NCBI GenBank assembly: GCA_964016885.1 | Contig: OZ024742.1 | Span: 375,162,001-375,226,000, forward strand | DNA from: Eledone cirrhosa | Lineage: Eukaryota | Direction: 5' to 3' | Length of the DNA: 64,000 nt | Shown here: in pieces, positions 47,660 to 63,640 of the stretch | How positions within the stretch are numbered: the first letter of the stretch is position 1 | Layout: each line of letters begins with the position of its first letter | Notes under the pieces: generated by a model | What the model saw: only the letters and a program-made list of their open reading frames with translations | What the model was told of the DNA's origin: nothing | Database searches by the model: none | Program-made: the position numbers and the translations under genes

Positions 47660-50600
47660 CCTAGTGTATATATTACTGTATTCCTTGTGTATATATATTA
47701 CTTTATTTCTAGTGTATATATATTACTGTATTTCTAGTGTATATATATTACTGTATTTCTATTGTATATATATTACTGTATTCCTAGTGTATATATATTA
47801 CTGTATTTCTAGTGTATATATATATTACTTTATTTCTAGTGTATATATATTACTGTATTTCTAGTGTATATATATTACTGTATTTCTAGTGTATATATAT
47901 TACTGTATTTCTAGTGTATATATATTACTGTATTCCTAGTGTATATATATTACTGTATTTCTAGTGTATATATATTACTGTATTTCTAGTGTATATATAT
48001 TACTGTATTTCTAATGTATATATATATTACTGTATTCCTAGTGTATATATTACTGTGTTTCCAGTGTATATATGTTACTGTATTTCTAGTGTATATATAT
48101 TACTGTATTCCTAGTGTATATATATATCTGTATTCCTAGTGTATATATATTACTGTATTTCTGGTGTATATATATTACTGTATTTCTAGTGTATATATTT
48201 ACCGTATTTCTAGTGTATATATATTACTGTATTTCTAGTGTATATATATTACTGTATTCCTAGTGTATATATATTACTGTATTTCTAGTGTATATATATT
48301 ACTGTATTCCTAGTGTATATATATTACTGTATTTCTAGTGTATATATATTACTGTATTCCTAGTGTATATATTACTGTATATCTAGTGTATATATTACTG
48401 TATTTCTAGTGTATATATATTAATGTATTTCTAGTGTATATATATTACTGTATTTCTAGTGTATATATATTACTGTATTCCTAGTGTATATATATTACTG
48501 TATTTCTAGTGTATATATATTACTGTATTTCTAGTGTATATATATTACTGTATTTCTAGTGTATATATTACTGTATTTCTAGTATATATATATTACTGTA
48601 TTCCTAGTGTATATATATTACTGTATTTCTAGTGTATATATATTACTGTATTTCTAGTATATATATATGACTGTATTTCTAGTGTATATATATTACTGTA
48701 TTTCTAGTGTATATATTACTGTATTTCTAGTGTATATATATTACTGTATTCCTAGTGTATATATATTACTGTATTTCTAGTGTATATATATTACTGTATT
48801 TCTAGTATATATATATGACTGTATTTCTAGTGTATATATATTACTGTATTTCTAGTGTATATATTACTGTATTTCTAGTGTATATATATTACTGTATTCC
48901 TAGTGTATATATATTACTGTATTTCTAGTGTATATATTACTGTATTTCTCGTGTATATATATTACTGTATTTCTAGTGTATATATATTACTGTATTCCTA
49001 GTATATATATATATCTGTATTCCTAGTTTATATATATTACTGTATTTCTGGTGTATATATATTACTGTATTTCTAGTGTATATATTTACTGTATTTCTAG
49101 TGTATATATCTTACTGTATTTCTAGTGTATATATATTACTGTATTCCTAGTGTATATATATTACTGTATTTCTAGTGTATATATATTACAGTATTCCTAG
49201 TGTATATATATTACTGTATTCCTAGTGTATATATATATCTGTATTCCTAGTGTATATATATTACTGTATTCCTAGTGTATATATATTACTGTATTTCTAG
49301 TGTATATATATTACTGTATTCCTAGTGTATATATTACTGTATATCTATTGTATATATTACTGTATTTCTAGTGTATATATATTACTGTATTTCTAGTGTA
49401 TATATATTACTGTATTTCTAGTGTATATATATTACTGTATTTCTAGTGTATATATATTACTGTATTCCTAGTGTATATATATTACTGTATTTTTAGTGTA
49501 TATATATGACTGTATTTCTAGTGTATATATTACTGTATTTCTAGTGTATATATATTACTGTATCTCTAGTGTATATATATTACTGTATTCCTAGTGTATA
49601 TATATGACTGTATTTCTAGTGTATATATTACTGTATTTCTAGTGTATATATATTACTGTATCTCTAGTGTATATATATTACTGTCTTCCTAGTGTATATA
49701 TATTACTGTATTTCTAGTGTATATATATTACTGTATTTCTAGTATATATATATGACTGTATTTCTAGTGTATATATGTTACTGTATTTCTAGTGTATATA
49801 TTACTGTATTTCTAGTGTATATATATTACTGTATTTCTAGTGTATATATATTACTGTATTTTAAGTGTATATATATTACTGTATTCCTAGTATATATATA
49901 TATCTGTATTCCTAGTGTATATATATTACTGTATTTCTGGTGTATATATATTACTGTATTTCTAGTGTATATATATTACTGTATTCCTAGTGTATATATG
50001 TATCTGTATTCCTAGTGTATATATATATTACTGTATTCCTAGAGTATATATATTACTGTATTTCTAGTGTATATCTATTACTGTATTCCTAGTGTATATA
50101 TTACTGTATATCTAGTGTATATATTACTGTATTTCTAGTGTATATATATTACTGTATTTCTAGTGTATATATATTACTGTATTTCTAGTGTATATATATT
50201 ATTGTATTTCTAGTGTATATATGTTACTGTATTTCTAGTGTGTATATATTACTGTATTCCTAGTGTATATATATTACTGTATTCCTAGTGTATATATATA
50301 TCTGTATTCCTAGTGTATATATATTACTGTATTTCTCATGTATATATATTACTGTGTTTGTAGTGTATATATATTACTGTATTTCTAGTGTATATATATT
50401 ACTGTGTTTGTAGTGTATATATATTACTGTATTTCTAGTGTATATATATTACTGTATTTCTAGTGTATATATATTACTGTGTTTCTAGTGTATATATATT
50501 ACGGTATTTCTACTGTATATATATTACTGTATTTCTAGTGTATATATATTACTGTATTTCTGCTGTATATATATTACTGTGTTTCTAGTGTATATATATT

Positions 50601-53580
50601 ACGGTATTTCTACTGTATATATATTACTGTATTTCTAGTGTATATATATTACTGTATTTCTAGTGAATATATATTACTGTATTTCTAGTGTATATATATT
50701 ACTGTATTTCTAGTATATATATTACTGTATTCCTAGTGTATATATTACTGTATTCCTAGTGTATATATATATCTGTATTCCTAGTGTATATATATTACTG
50801 TATTTCTAGTGTATATATTACTGTATTTCTCGTGTATATATATTACTGTATTTCTAGTGTATATATATTACTGTATTCCTAGTGTATATATATATCTGTA
50901 TTCCTAATGTATATATATTACTGTATTTCTGGTGTATATATTTACCGTATTTCTAGTGTATATATCTTACTGTATTTCTAGTGTATATATATTACTGTAT
51001 TCCTAGTGTATATATATTACTGTATTTCTAGTGTATATATATTACTGTATTCTTAGTGTATTTATATTACTGTATTCCTAGTGTATATATATTACTGTAT
51101 TCCTAGTGTATGTATATTACTGTATTTCTAGTGTCTATATATTACTGTATTCCTAGTGTATATATTACTGTATATCTAGTGTATATATTACTGTATTTCT
51201 AGTGTATATATATTACTGTATATCTAGTGTATATATTACTGTATTTCTAGTGTATATATATTAATGTATTTCTAGTGTATATATATTACTGTATTTCTAG
51301 TGTATATATATTACTGTATTCCTAGTGTATATATATTACTGTATTTCTAGTGTATATATATTACTGTATTTCTAGTGTATATATATTACTGTATTTCTAG
51401 TGTATATATTACTGTATTTCTAGTGTATATATATTACTGTATTCCTAGTGTATATATATTACTGTATTTCTAGTGTATATATATTAGTGTATTTCTAGTA
51501 TATATATATGACTGTATTTCTGCTGTATATATATTACTGGATTTCTAGTGTATATATATTACTGTATTTATAGTGTATATATAGTACTGTATTTCTAGTG
51601 TATATATATTACTGTATTTCTAGTGTATATATATTACTGTATTTATAGTGTATATATAGTACTGTATTTCTAGTGTATATATATTACGGTATTTCTACTG
51701 TATATATATTACTGTATTTCTAGTGTATATATATTACTGTATTCCTAGTCTATATATTACTGTATTCCTTGTGTATATATATTACTTTATTTCTAGTGTA
51801 TATATATTACTGTATTTCTAGTGTATATATATTACTGTATTTCTATTGTATATATATTACTGTATTCCTAGTGTATATATATTACTGTATTTCTAGTGTA
51901 TATATATATTACTTTATTTCTAGTGTATATATATTACTGTATTTCTAGTGTATATATATTACTGTATTTCTAGTGTATATATATTACTGTATTTCTAGTG
52001 TATATATATTACTGTATTCCTAGTGTATATATATTACTGTATTTCTAGTGTATATATATTACTGTATTTCTAGTGTATATATATTACTGTATTTCTAGTG
52101 TATATATATATTACTGTATTCCTAGTGTATATATTACTGTGTTTCTAGTGTATATATGTTACTGTATTTCTAGTGTATATATATTACTGTATTCCTAGTG
52201 TATATATATATCTGTATTCCTAGTGTATATATATTACTGTATTTCTGGTGTATATATATTACTGTATTTCTAGTGTATATATTTACCGTATTTCTAGTGT
52301 ATATATATTACTGTATTTCTAGTGTATATATATTACTGTATTCCTAGTGTATATATATTACTGTATTTCTAGTGTATATATATTACTGTATTCCTAGTGT
52401 ATATATATTACTGTATTTCTAGTGTATATATATTACTGTATTCCTAGTGTATATATTACTGTATATCTAGTGTATATATTACTGTATTTCTAGTGTATAT
52501 ATATTAATGTATTTCTAGTGTATATATATTACTGTATTTCTAGTGTATATATATTACTGTATTCCTAGTGTATATATATTACTGTATTTCTAGTGTATAT
52601 ATATTACTGTATTTCTAGTGTATATATATTACTGTATTTTTAGTGTATATATTACTGTATTTCTAGTGTATATATATTACTGTATTCCTAGTGTATATAT
52701 ATTACTGTATTTCTAGTGTATATATATTACTGTATTTCTAGTATATATATATGACTGTATTTCTAGTGTATATATATTACTGTATTTCTAGTGTATATAT
52801 TACTGTATTTCTAGTGTATATATATTACTGTATTCCTAGTGTATATATATTACTGTATTTCTAGTGTATATATATTACTGTATTTCTAGTATATATATAT
52901 GACTGTATTTCTAGTGTATATATATTACTGTATTTCTAGTGTATATATTACTGTATTTCTAGTGTATATATATTACTGTATTCCTAGTGTATATATATTA
53001 CTGTATTTCTAGTGTATATATTACTGTATTTCTCGTGTATATATATTACTGTATTTCTAGTGTATATATATTACTGTATTCCTAGTATATATATATATCT
53101 GTATTCCTAGTTTATATATATTACTGTATTTCTGGTGTATATATATTACTGTATTTCTAGTGTATATATTTACTGTATTTCTAGTGTATATATCTTACTG
53201 TATTTCTAGTGTATATATATTACTGTATTCCTAGTGTATATATATTACTGTATTTCTAGTGTATATATATTACAGTATTCCTAGTGTATATATATTACTG
53301 TATTCCTAGTGTATATATATATCTGTATTCCTAGTGTATATATATTACTGTATTCCTAGTGTATATATATTACTGTATTTCTAGTGTATATATATTACTG
53401 TATTCCTAGTGTATATATTACTGTATATCTATTGTATATATTACTGTATTTCTAGTGTATATATATTACTGTATTTCTAGTGTATATATATTACTGTATT
53501 TCTAGTGTATATATATTACTGTATTTCTAGTGTATATATATTACTGTATTCCTAGTGTATATATATTACTGTATTTCTAG
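47660..53580 (+). repeat. Block A duplication, offset 4084 (about 47660-49480 vs about 51745-53570)
   Basis: CCTTGTG lies at 47683/51767 and TTACAGTA at 49190/53274. Confidence 0.85.
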
Positions 53581-56500
53581 TGTATATATATTACTGTATT
53601 TCTAGTATATATATATGACTGTATTTCTAGTGTATATATTACTGTATTTCTAGTGTATATATATTACTGTATCTCTAGTGTATATATATTACTGTATTCC
53701 TAGTGTATATATATTACTGTATTTCTAGTGTATATATATTACTGTATTCCTAGTGTATATATTACTGTATTCCTTGTGTATATATATTACTTTATTTCTA
53801 GTGTATATATATTACTGTATTTCTAGTGTATATATATTACTGTATTTCTATTGTATATATATTACTGTATTCCTAGTGTATATATATTACTGTATTTCTA
53901 GTGTATATATATATTACTTTATTTCTAGTGTATATATATTACTGTATTTCTAGTGTATATATATTACTGTATTTCTAGTGTATATATATTACTGTATTTC
54001 TAGTGTATATATATTACTGTATTCCTAGTGTATATATATTACTGTATTTCTAGTGTATATATATTACTGTATTTCTAGTGTATATATATTACTGTATTTC
54101 TAGTGTATATATATATTACTGTATTCCTAGTGTATATATATTACTGTATTTCTAGTGTATATATATTACTGTATTCCTAGTGTATATATTACTGTATTCC
54201 TTGTGTATATATATTAATTTATTTCTAGTGTATATATATTACTGTATTTCTAGTGTATATATATTACTGTATTTCTATTGTATATATATTACTGTATTCC
54301 TAGTGTATATATATTACTGTATTTCTAGTGTATATATATATTACTTTATTTCTAGTGTATATATATTACTGTATTTCTAGTGTATATATATTACTGTATT
54401 TCTAGTGTATATATATTACTGTATTTCTAGTGTATATATATTACTGTATTCCTAGTGTATATATATTACTGTATTTCTAGTGTATATATATTACTGTATT
54501 TCTAGTGTATATATATTACTGTATTTCTAGTGTATATATATATTACTGTATTCCTAGTGTATATATTACTGTGTTTCTAGTGTATATATGTTACTGTATT
54601 TCTAGTGTATATATATTACTGTATTCCTAGTGTATATATATATCTGTATTCCTAGTGTATATATATTACTGTATTTCTGGTGTATATATATTACTGTATT
54701 TCTAGTGTATATATTTACCGTATTTCTAGTGTATATATATTACTGTATTTCTAGTGTATATATATTACTGTATTCCTAGTGTATATATATTACTGTATTT
54801 CTAGTGTATATATATTACTGTATTCCTAGTGTATATATATTACTGTATTTCTAGTGTATATATATTACTGTATTCCTAGTGTATATATTACTGTATATCT
54901 AGTGTATATATTACTGTATTTCTAGTGTATATATATTAATGTATTTCTAGTGTATATATATTACTGTATTTCTAGTGTATATATATTACTGTATTCCTAG
55001 TGTATATATATTACTGTATTTCTAGTGTATATATATTACTGTATTTCTAGTGTATATATATTACTGTATTTCTAGTGTATATATTACTGTATTTCTAGTG
55101 TATATATATTACTGTATTCCTAGTGTATATATATTACTGTATTTCTAGTGTATATATATTACTGTATTCCTAGTGTATATATATATCTGTATTCCTAATG
55201 TATATATATTACTGTATTTCTGGTGTATATATTTACCGTATTTCTAGTGTATATATCTTACTGTATTTCTAGTGTATATATATTACTGTATTCCTAGTGT
55301 ATATATATTACTGTATTTCTAGTGTATATATATTACTGTATTCCTAGTGTATTTATATTACTGTATTCCTAGTGTATATATATTACTGTATTCCTAGTGT
55401 ATGTATATTACTGTATTTCTAGTGTCTATATATTACTGTATTCCTAGTGTATATATTACTGTATATCTAGTGTATATATTACTGTATTTCTAGTGTATAT
55501 ATATTACTGTATATCTAGTGTATATATTACTGTATTTCTAGTGTATATATATTAATGTATTTCTAGTGTATATATATTACTGTATTTCTAGTGTATATAT
55601 ATTACTGTATTCCTAGTGTATATATATTACTGTATTTCTAGTGTATATATATTACTGTATTTCTAGTGTATATATATTACTGTATTTCTAGTGTATATAT
55701 TACTGTATTTCTAGTGTATATATATTACTGTATTCCTAGTGTATATATATTACTGTATTTCTAGTGTATATATATTAGTGTATTTCTAGTATATATATAT
55801 GACTGTATTTCTGCTGTATATATATTACTGGATTTCTAGTGTATATATATTACTGTATTTATAGTGTATATATAGTACTGTATTTCTAGTGTATATATAT
55901 TACTGTATTTCTAGTGTATATATATTACTGTATTTATAGTGTATATATAGTACTGTATTTCTAGTGTATATATATTACGGTATTTCTACTGTATATATAT
56001 TACTGTATTTCTAGTGTATATATATTACTGTATTTCTAGTGTATATATATTACTGTATTTATAGTGTATATATAGTACTGTATTTCTAGTGTATATATAT
56101 TACTGTATTTCTAGTGTATATATTACTGTATTTCTAGTATATATATGTTACTGTATTTCTAGTGTATATATATTACTGTATTTCTAGTATATATATTACT
56201 GTATTCCTAGTGTATATATTACTGTATTCCTAGTGTATATATATTACTGTGTTTCTAGTGTATATATATTACTGTATTCCTAGTGTATATATATTACTGT
56301 ATTTCTAGTGTATATATATTACTGTATTCCTAGTGTATATATATTACTGTATTTCTAGTGTATATATATTACTGTATTTCTAGTGTATATATTACTGTAT
56401 CTCTAGTGTATATATATTACTGTATTTCTAGTGTGTATATATTACTGGATTTCTAGTGTATATATATTACTGTATTTCTAGTGTATATATATATTAATGT

Positions 56501-59500
56501 ATTTCTAGTGTATATATATTACTGTATTCCTAGTGTATATATATTCCTGTATTCCTAGTGTATATATATCTGTATTCCTAGTGTATATATATTACTGTAT
56601 TCCTAGTGTATATATATTACTGTATTTCTAGTGTATATATATTACTGTATTTCTAGTGTATATATATTACTGTATTCCTAGTGTATATAATACTGTATTT
56701 CTAGTGTATATATATTATTGTATTCCTAGTATATATATCTGTATTCCTAGTGTATATATATTACTGTATTCCTAGTGTATATATATTACTGTATTTCTAG
56801 TGTATATATATTACTGTATTCTTAGTGTATATATATTACTGTATTTCTAGTGTATATATATATTACTGTATTCCTAGTGTATATATTACTGTGTTTCTAG
56901 TGTATATATATTACTGTATTTCTAGTGTATATATATTACTGTATTCCTAGTGTATATATTACTGTGTTTCTAGTGTATATATATTACTGTATTTCTAATG
57001 TATATATATTACTGTATTCCTAGTGTATATATTACTGTATTTCTAGTGTATATATATTACTGTATTCCTAGTGTATACATATTACTGTGTTTCTAGTGTA
57101 TATATTACTGTATTCCTAGTGTATATATATTACTGTATTTCTAGCGTATATATATTACTGTATTTCTAGTGTATATATATTACTGTATTCCTAGTGTATA
57201 TATATTACTGTATTTCTAGTGTATATATATTACTGTATTCCTAGTGTATATATTACTGTATTCCTAGTGTATATATATTACTTTATTTCTAGTGTATATA
57301 TATTACTGTATTCCTAGTGTATATAATACTGTATTTCTAGTGTATATATATTATTGTATTCCTAGTATATATATCTGTATTCCTAGTGTATATATATTAC
57401 TGTATTCCTACTGTATATATATTACTGTATTTCTAGTGTATATATATTACTGTATTCTTAGTGTATATATATTACTATATTTCTAGTGTATATATATATT
57501 ACTGTATTCCTAGTGTATATATTACTGTGTTTCTAGTGTATATATATTACTGTATTTCTAGTGTATATATATTACTGTATTCCTAGTGTATATATTACTG
57601 TGTTTCTAGTGTATATATATTACTGTGTTTCTAGTGTATATATATTACTGTATTCCTAGTGTATATTTAACTGTGTTTCTAGTGTATATATATTACTGTA
57701 TTCCTAGTGTATATATATTACTGTATTCCTAGTGTATATATATTACTGTATTTCTAGTGTATATATATTACTGTATTTCTAGTGTATATATATTACTGTA
57801 TTCCTAGTGTATATATATTACTGTATTTCTAGTGTATATATATTACTGTATTCCTAGTGTATATATTACTGTATTCCTAGTGTATATATATTACTTTATT
57901 TCTAGTGTATATATATTATTGTATTCCTAGTGTATATATTACTGTATTCCTAGTGTATATATATTACTTTATTTCTAGTGTATATATATGACTGTGTTTC
58001 TAGTGTATATATATTACTGTATTTCTAGTGTATATATATTACTGTATTCCTAGTGTATATATATTACTGTATTTCTAGTATATATATATTACTGTATTTC
58101 TAGTGTATATATATATTACTGTATTCCTAGTGTATATATTACTGTGTTTCTAGTGTATATATGTTACTGTATTTCTAGTGTATATATATTACTGTATTCC
58201 TAGTGTATATATATATCTGTATTCCTAGTGTATATATATTACTGTATTTCTGATGTATATATATTACTGTATTTCTAGTGTATATATTTACCATATTTCT
58301 AGTGTATATATATTACTGTATTTCTAGTGTATATATATTACTGTATTCCTAGTGTATATATATTACTGTATTCCTAGTGTATATATATATCTGTATTCCT
58401 AGTGTATATATATTACTGTATTCCTAGTGTATATATATTACTGTATTTCTAGTGTATATATATTACTGTATTCCTAGTGTATATATTACTGTATATCTAG
58501 TGTATATATTACTGTATTTCTAGTGTATATATATTAATGTATTTCTAGTGTATATATTACTGTATTCCTAGTGTATATATATTACTGTATTTCTAGTGTA
58601 TATATTACTGTATTCCTAGTGTATATATATTACTGTATTTCTAGTGTATATATTACTGTATTTCTAGTGTATATATTACTGTATTTCTAGTGTATATATA
58701 TTACTGTATCTCTAGTGTATATATATTACTGTATTCCTAGTGTATATATATTACTGTATTTTTAGTGTATATATATGACTGTATTTCTAGTGTATATATT
58801 ACTGTATTTCTAGTGTATATATATTACTGTATCTCTAGTGTATATATATTACTGTATTCCTAGTGTATATATATGACTGTATTTCTAGTGTATATATTAC
58901 TGTATTTCTAGTGTATATATATTACTGTATCTCTAGTGTATATATATTACTGTCTTCCTAGTGTATATATATTACTGTATTTCTAGTGTATATATATTAC
59001 TGTATTTCTAGTATATATATATGACTGTATTTCTAGTGTATATATGTTACTGTATTTCTAGTGTATATATTACTGTATTTCTAGTGTATATATATTACTG
59101 TATTTCTAGTGTATATATATTACTGTATTTTAAGTGTATATATATTACTGTATTCCTAGTATATATATATATCTGTATTCCTAGTGTATATATATTACTG
59201 TATTTCTGGTGTATATATATTACTGTATTTCTAGTGTATATATATTACTGTATTCCTAGTGTATATATGTATCTGTATTCCTAGTGTATATATATATTAC
59301 TGTATTCCTAGAGTATATATATTACTGTATTTCTAGTGTATATATATTACTGTATTCCTAGTGTATATATTACTGTATATCTAGTGTATATATTACTGTA
59401 TTTCTAGTGTATATATATTACTGTATTTCTAGTGTATATATATTACTGTATTTCTAGTGTATATATATTATTGTATTTCTAGTGTATATATGTTACTGTA

Positions 59501-61010
59501 TTTCTAGTGTGTATATATTACTGTATTCCTAGTGTATATATATTACTGTATTCCTAGTGTATATATATATCTGTATTCCTAGTGTATATATATTACTGTA
59601 TTTCTCATGTATATATATTACTGTGTTTGTAGTGTATATATATTACTGTATTTCTAGTGTATATATATTACTGTGTTTGTAGTGTATATATATTACTGTA
59701 TTTCTAGTGTATATATATTACTGTATTTCTAGTGTATATATATTACTGTGTTTCTAGTGTATATATATTACGGTATTTCTACTGTATATATATTACTGTA
59801 TTTCTAGTGTATATATATTACTGTATTTCTGCTGTATATATATTACTGTGTTTCTAGTGTATATATATTACGGTATTTCTACTGTATATATATTACTGTA
59901 TTTCTAGTGTATATATATTACTGTATTTCTAGTGAATATATATTACTGTATTTCTAGTGTATATATATTACTGTATTTCTAGTATATATATTACTGTATT
60001 CCTAGTGTATATATTACTGTATTCCTAGTGTATATATATATCTGTATTCCTAGTGTATATATATTACTGTATTTCTAGTGTATATATTACTGTATTTCTC
60101 GTGTATATATATTACTGTATTTCTAGTGTATATATATTACTGTATTCCTAGTGTATATATATATCTGTATTCCTAATGTATATATATTACTGTATTTCTG
60201 GTGTATATATTTACCGTATTTCTAGTGTATATATCTTACTGTATTTCTAGTGTATATATATTACTGTATTCCTAGTGTATATATATTACTGTATTTCTAG
60301 TGTATATATATTACTGTATTCCTAGTGTATTTATATTACTGTATTCCTAGTGTATATATATTACTGTATTCCTAGTGTATGTATATTACTGTATTTCTAG
60401 TGTCTATATATTACTGTATTCCTAGTGTATATATTACTGTATATCTAGTGTATATATTACTGTATTTCTAGTGTATATATATTACTGTATATCTAGTGTA
60501 TATATTACTGTATTTCTAGTGTATATATATTAATGTATTTCTAGTGTATATATATTACTGTATTTCTAGTGTATATATATTACTGTATTCCTAGTGTATA
60601 TATATTACTGTATTTCTAGTGTATATATATTACTGTATTTCTAGTGTATATATATTACTGTATTTCTAGTGTATATATTACTGTATTTCTAGTGTATATA
60701 TATTACTGTATTCCTAGTGTATATATATTACTGTATTTCTAGTGTATATATATTAGTGTATTTCTAGTATATATATATGACTGTATTTCTGCTGTATATA
60801 TATTACTGGATTTCTAGTGTATATATATTACTGTATTTATAGTGTATATATAGTACTGTATTTCTAGTGTATATATATTACTGTATTTCTAGTGTATATA
60901 TATTACTGTATTTATAGTGTATATATAGTACTGTATTTCTAGTGTATATATATTACGGTATTTCTACTGTATATATATTACTGTATTTCTAGTGTATATA
61001 TATTACTGTA
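49460..61010 (+). repeat. Block B duplication, offset 9269 (about 49460-51740 vs about 58730-61010)
   Basis: Identical ORFs at 49752/59021, TTTTAGTG at 49491/58760 and AGTACT at 51583/60852. Both copies share CTGTCTTCC, CCTAGAGT and AGTGAATA. Confidence 0.9.
53700..54550 (+). repeat. Local tandem duplication of a 427-bp unit (start of block A)
   Basis: The ORFs at 53753 and 54180 differ at one residue. The CCTTGTG-ACTTTA-CTATTG series is repeated. Confidence 0.85.
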
Positions 61011-63640
61011 TTTCTAGTGTATATATATTACTGTATTTATAGTGTATATATAGTACTGTATTTCTAGTGTATATATATTACTGTATTTCTAGTGTATATA
61101 TTACTGTATTTCTAGTATATATATGTTACTGTATTTCTAGTGTATATATATTACTGTATTTCTAGTATATATATTACTGTATTCCTAGTGTATATATTAC
61201 TGTATTCCTAGTGTATATATATTACTGTGTTTCTAGTGTATATATATTACTGTATTCCTAGTGTATATATATTACTGTATTTCTAGTGTATATATATTAC
61301 TGTATTCCTAGTGTATATATATTACTGTATTTCTAGTGTATATATATTACTGTATTTCTAGTGTATATATTACTGTATCTCTAGTGTATATATATTACTG
61401 TATTTCTAGTGTGTATATATTACTGGATTTCTAGTGTATATATATTACTGTATTTCTAGTGTATATATATATTAATGTATTTCTAGTGTATATATATTAC
61501 TGTATTCCTAGTGTATATATATTCCTGTATTCCTAGTGTATATATATCTGTATTCCTAGTGTATATATATTACTGTATTCCTAGTGTATATATATTACTG
61601 TATTTCTAGTGTATATATATTACTGTATTTCTAGTGTATATATATTACTGTATTCCTAGTGTATATAATACTGTATTTCTAGTGTATATATATTATTGTA
61701 TTCCTAGTATATATATCTGTATTCCTAGTGTATATATATTACTGTATTCCTAGTGTATATATATTACTGTATTTCTAGTGTATATATATTACTGTATTCT
61801 TAGTGTATATATATTACTGTATTTCTAGTGTATATATATATTACTGTATTCCTAGTGTATATATTACTGTGTTTCTAGTGTATATATATTACTGTATTTC
61901 TAGTGTATATATATTACTGTATTCCTAGTGTATATATTACTGTGTTTCTAGTGTATATATATTACTGTATTTCTAATGTATATATATTACTGTATTCCTA
62001 GTGTATATATTACTGTATTTCTAGTGTATATATATTACTGTATTCCTAGTGTATACATATTACTGTGTTTCTAGTGTATATATTACTGTATTCCTAGTGT
62101 ATATATATTACTGTATTTCTAGCGTATATATATTACTGTATTTCTAGTGTATATATATTACTGTATTCCTAGTGTATATATATTACTGTATTTCTAGTGT
62201 ATATATATTACTGTATTCCTAGTGTATATATTACTGTATTCCTAGTGTATATATATTACTTTATTTCTAGTGTATATATATTACTGTATTCCTAGTGTAT
62301 ATAATACTGTATTTCTAGTGTATATATATTATTGTATTCCTAGTATATATATCTGTATTCCTAGTGTATATATATTACTGTATTCCTACTGTATATATAT
62401 TACTGTATTTCTAGTGTATATATATTACTGTATTCTTAGTGTATATATATTACTATATTTCTAGTGTATATATATATTACTGTATTCCTAGTGTATATAT
62501 TACTGTGTTTCTAGTGTATATATATTACTGTATTTCTAGTGTATATATATTACTGTATTCCTAGTGTATATATTACTGTGTTTCTAGTGTATATATATTA
62601 CTGTGTTTCTAGTGTATATATATTACTGTATTCCTAGTGTATATTTAACTGTGTTTCTAGTGTATATATATTACTGTATTCCTAGTGTATATATATTACT
62701 GTATTCCTAGTGTATATATATTACTGTATTTCTAGTGTATATATATTACTGTATTTCTAGTGTATATATATTACTGTATTCCTAGTGTATATATATTACT
62801 GTATTTCTAGTGTATATATATTACTGTATTCCTAGTGTATATATTACTGTATTCCTAGTGTATATATATTACTTTATTTCTAGTGTATATATATTATTGT
62901 ATTCCTAGTGTATATATTACTGTATTCCTAGTGTATATATATTACTTTATTTCTAGTGTATATATATGACTGTGTTTCTAGTGTATATATATTACTGTAT
63001 TTCTAGTGTATATATATTACTGTATTCCTAGTGTATATATATTACTGTATTTCTAGTATATATATATTACTGTATTTCTAGTGTATATATATATTACTGT
63101 ATTCCTAGTGTATATATTACTGTGTTTCTAGTGTATATATGTTACTGTATTTCTAGTGTATATATATTACTGTATTCCTAGTGTATATATATATCTGTAT
63201 TCCTAGTGTATATATATTACTGTATTTCTGATGTATATATATTACTGTATTTCTAGTGTATATATTTACCATATTTCTAGTGTATATATATTACTGTATT
63301 TCTAGTGTATATATATTACTGTATTCCTAGTGTATATATATTACTGTATTCCTAGTGTATATATATATCTGTATTCCTAGTGTATATATATTACTGTATT
63401 CCTAGTGTATATATATTACTGTATTTCTAGTGTATATATATTACTGTATTCCTAGTGTATATATTACTGTATATCTAGTGTATATATTACTGTATTTCTA
63501 GTGTATATATATTAATGTATTTCTAGTGTATATATTACTGTATTCCTAGTGTATATATATTACTGTATTTCTAGTGTATATATTACTGTATTCCTAGTGT
63601 ATATATATTACTGTATTTCTAGTGTATATATTACTGTATT
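55130..63640 (+). repeat. Block duplication, offset 4978 (about 55130-58660 vs about 60110-63640)
   Basis: Identical ORFs at 57292/62270 and AGTACT at 55874/60852 and 56074/61052. Both copies share TTTAACTG, CTGATG and TTACCATA. Confidence 0.9.

Noticed and set aside
1862-62464. All 18 listed ORFs (64-89 aa, rich in Y/I/V/F/C/S)
   Set aside because: They are chance stop-free runs through the satellite, produced when 23- and 27-bp monomers shift the TAG out of frame. Nearly all start at the repeat's GTG. They are low-complexity, and identical copies simply follow the DNA duplications.
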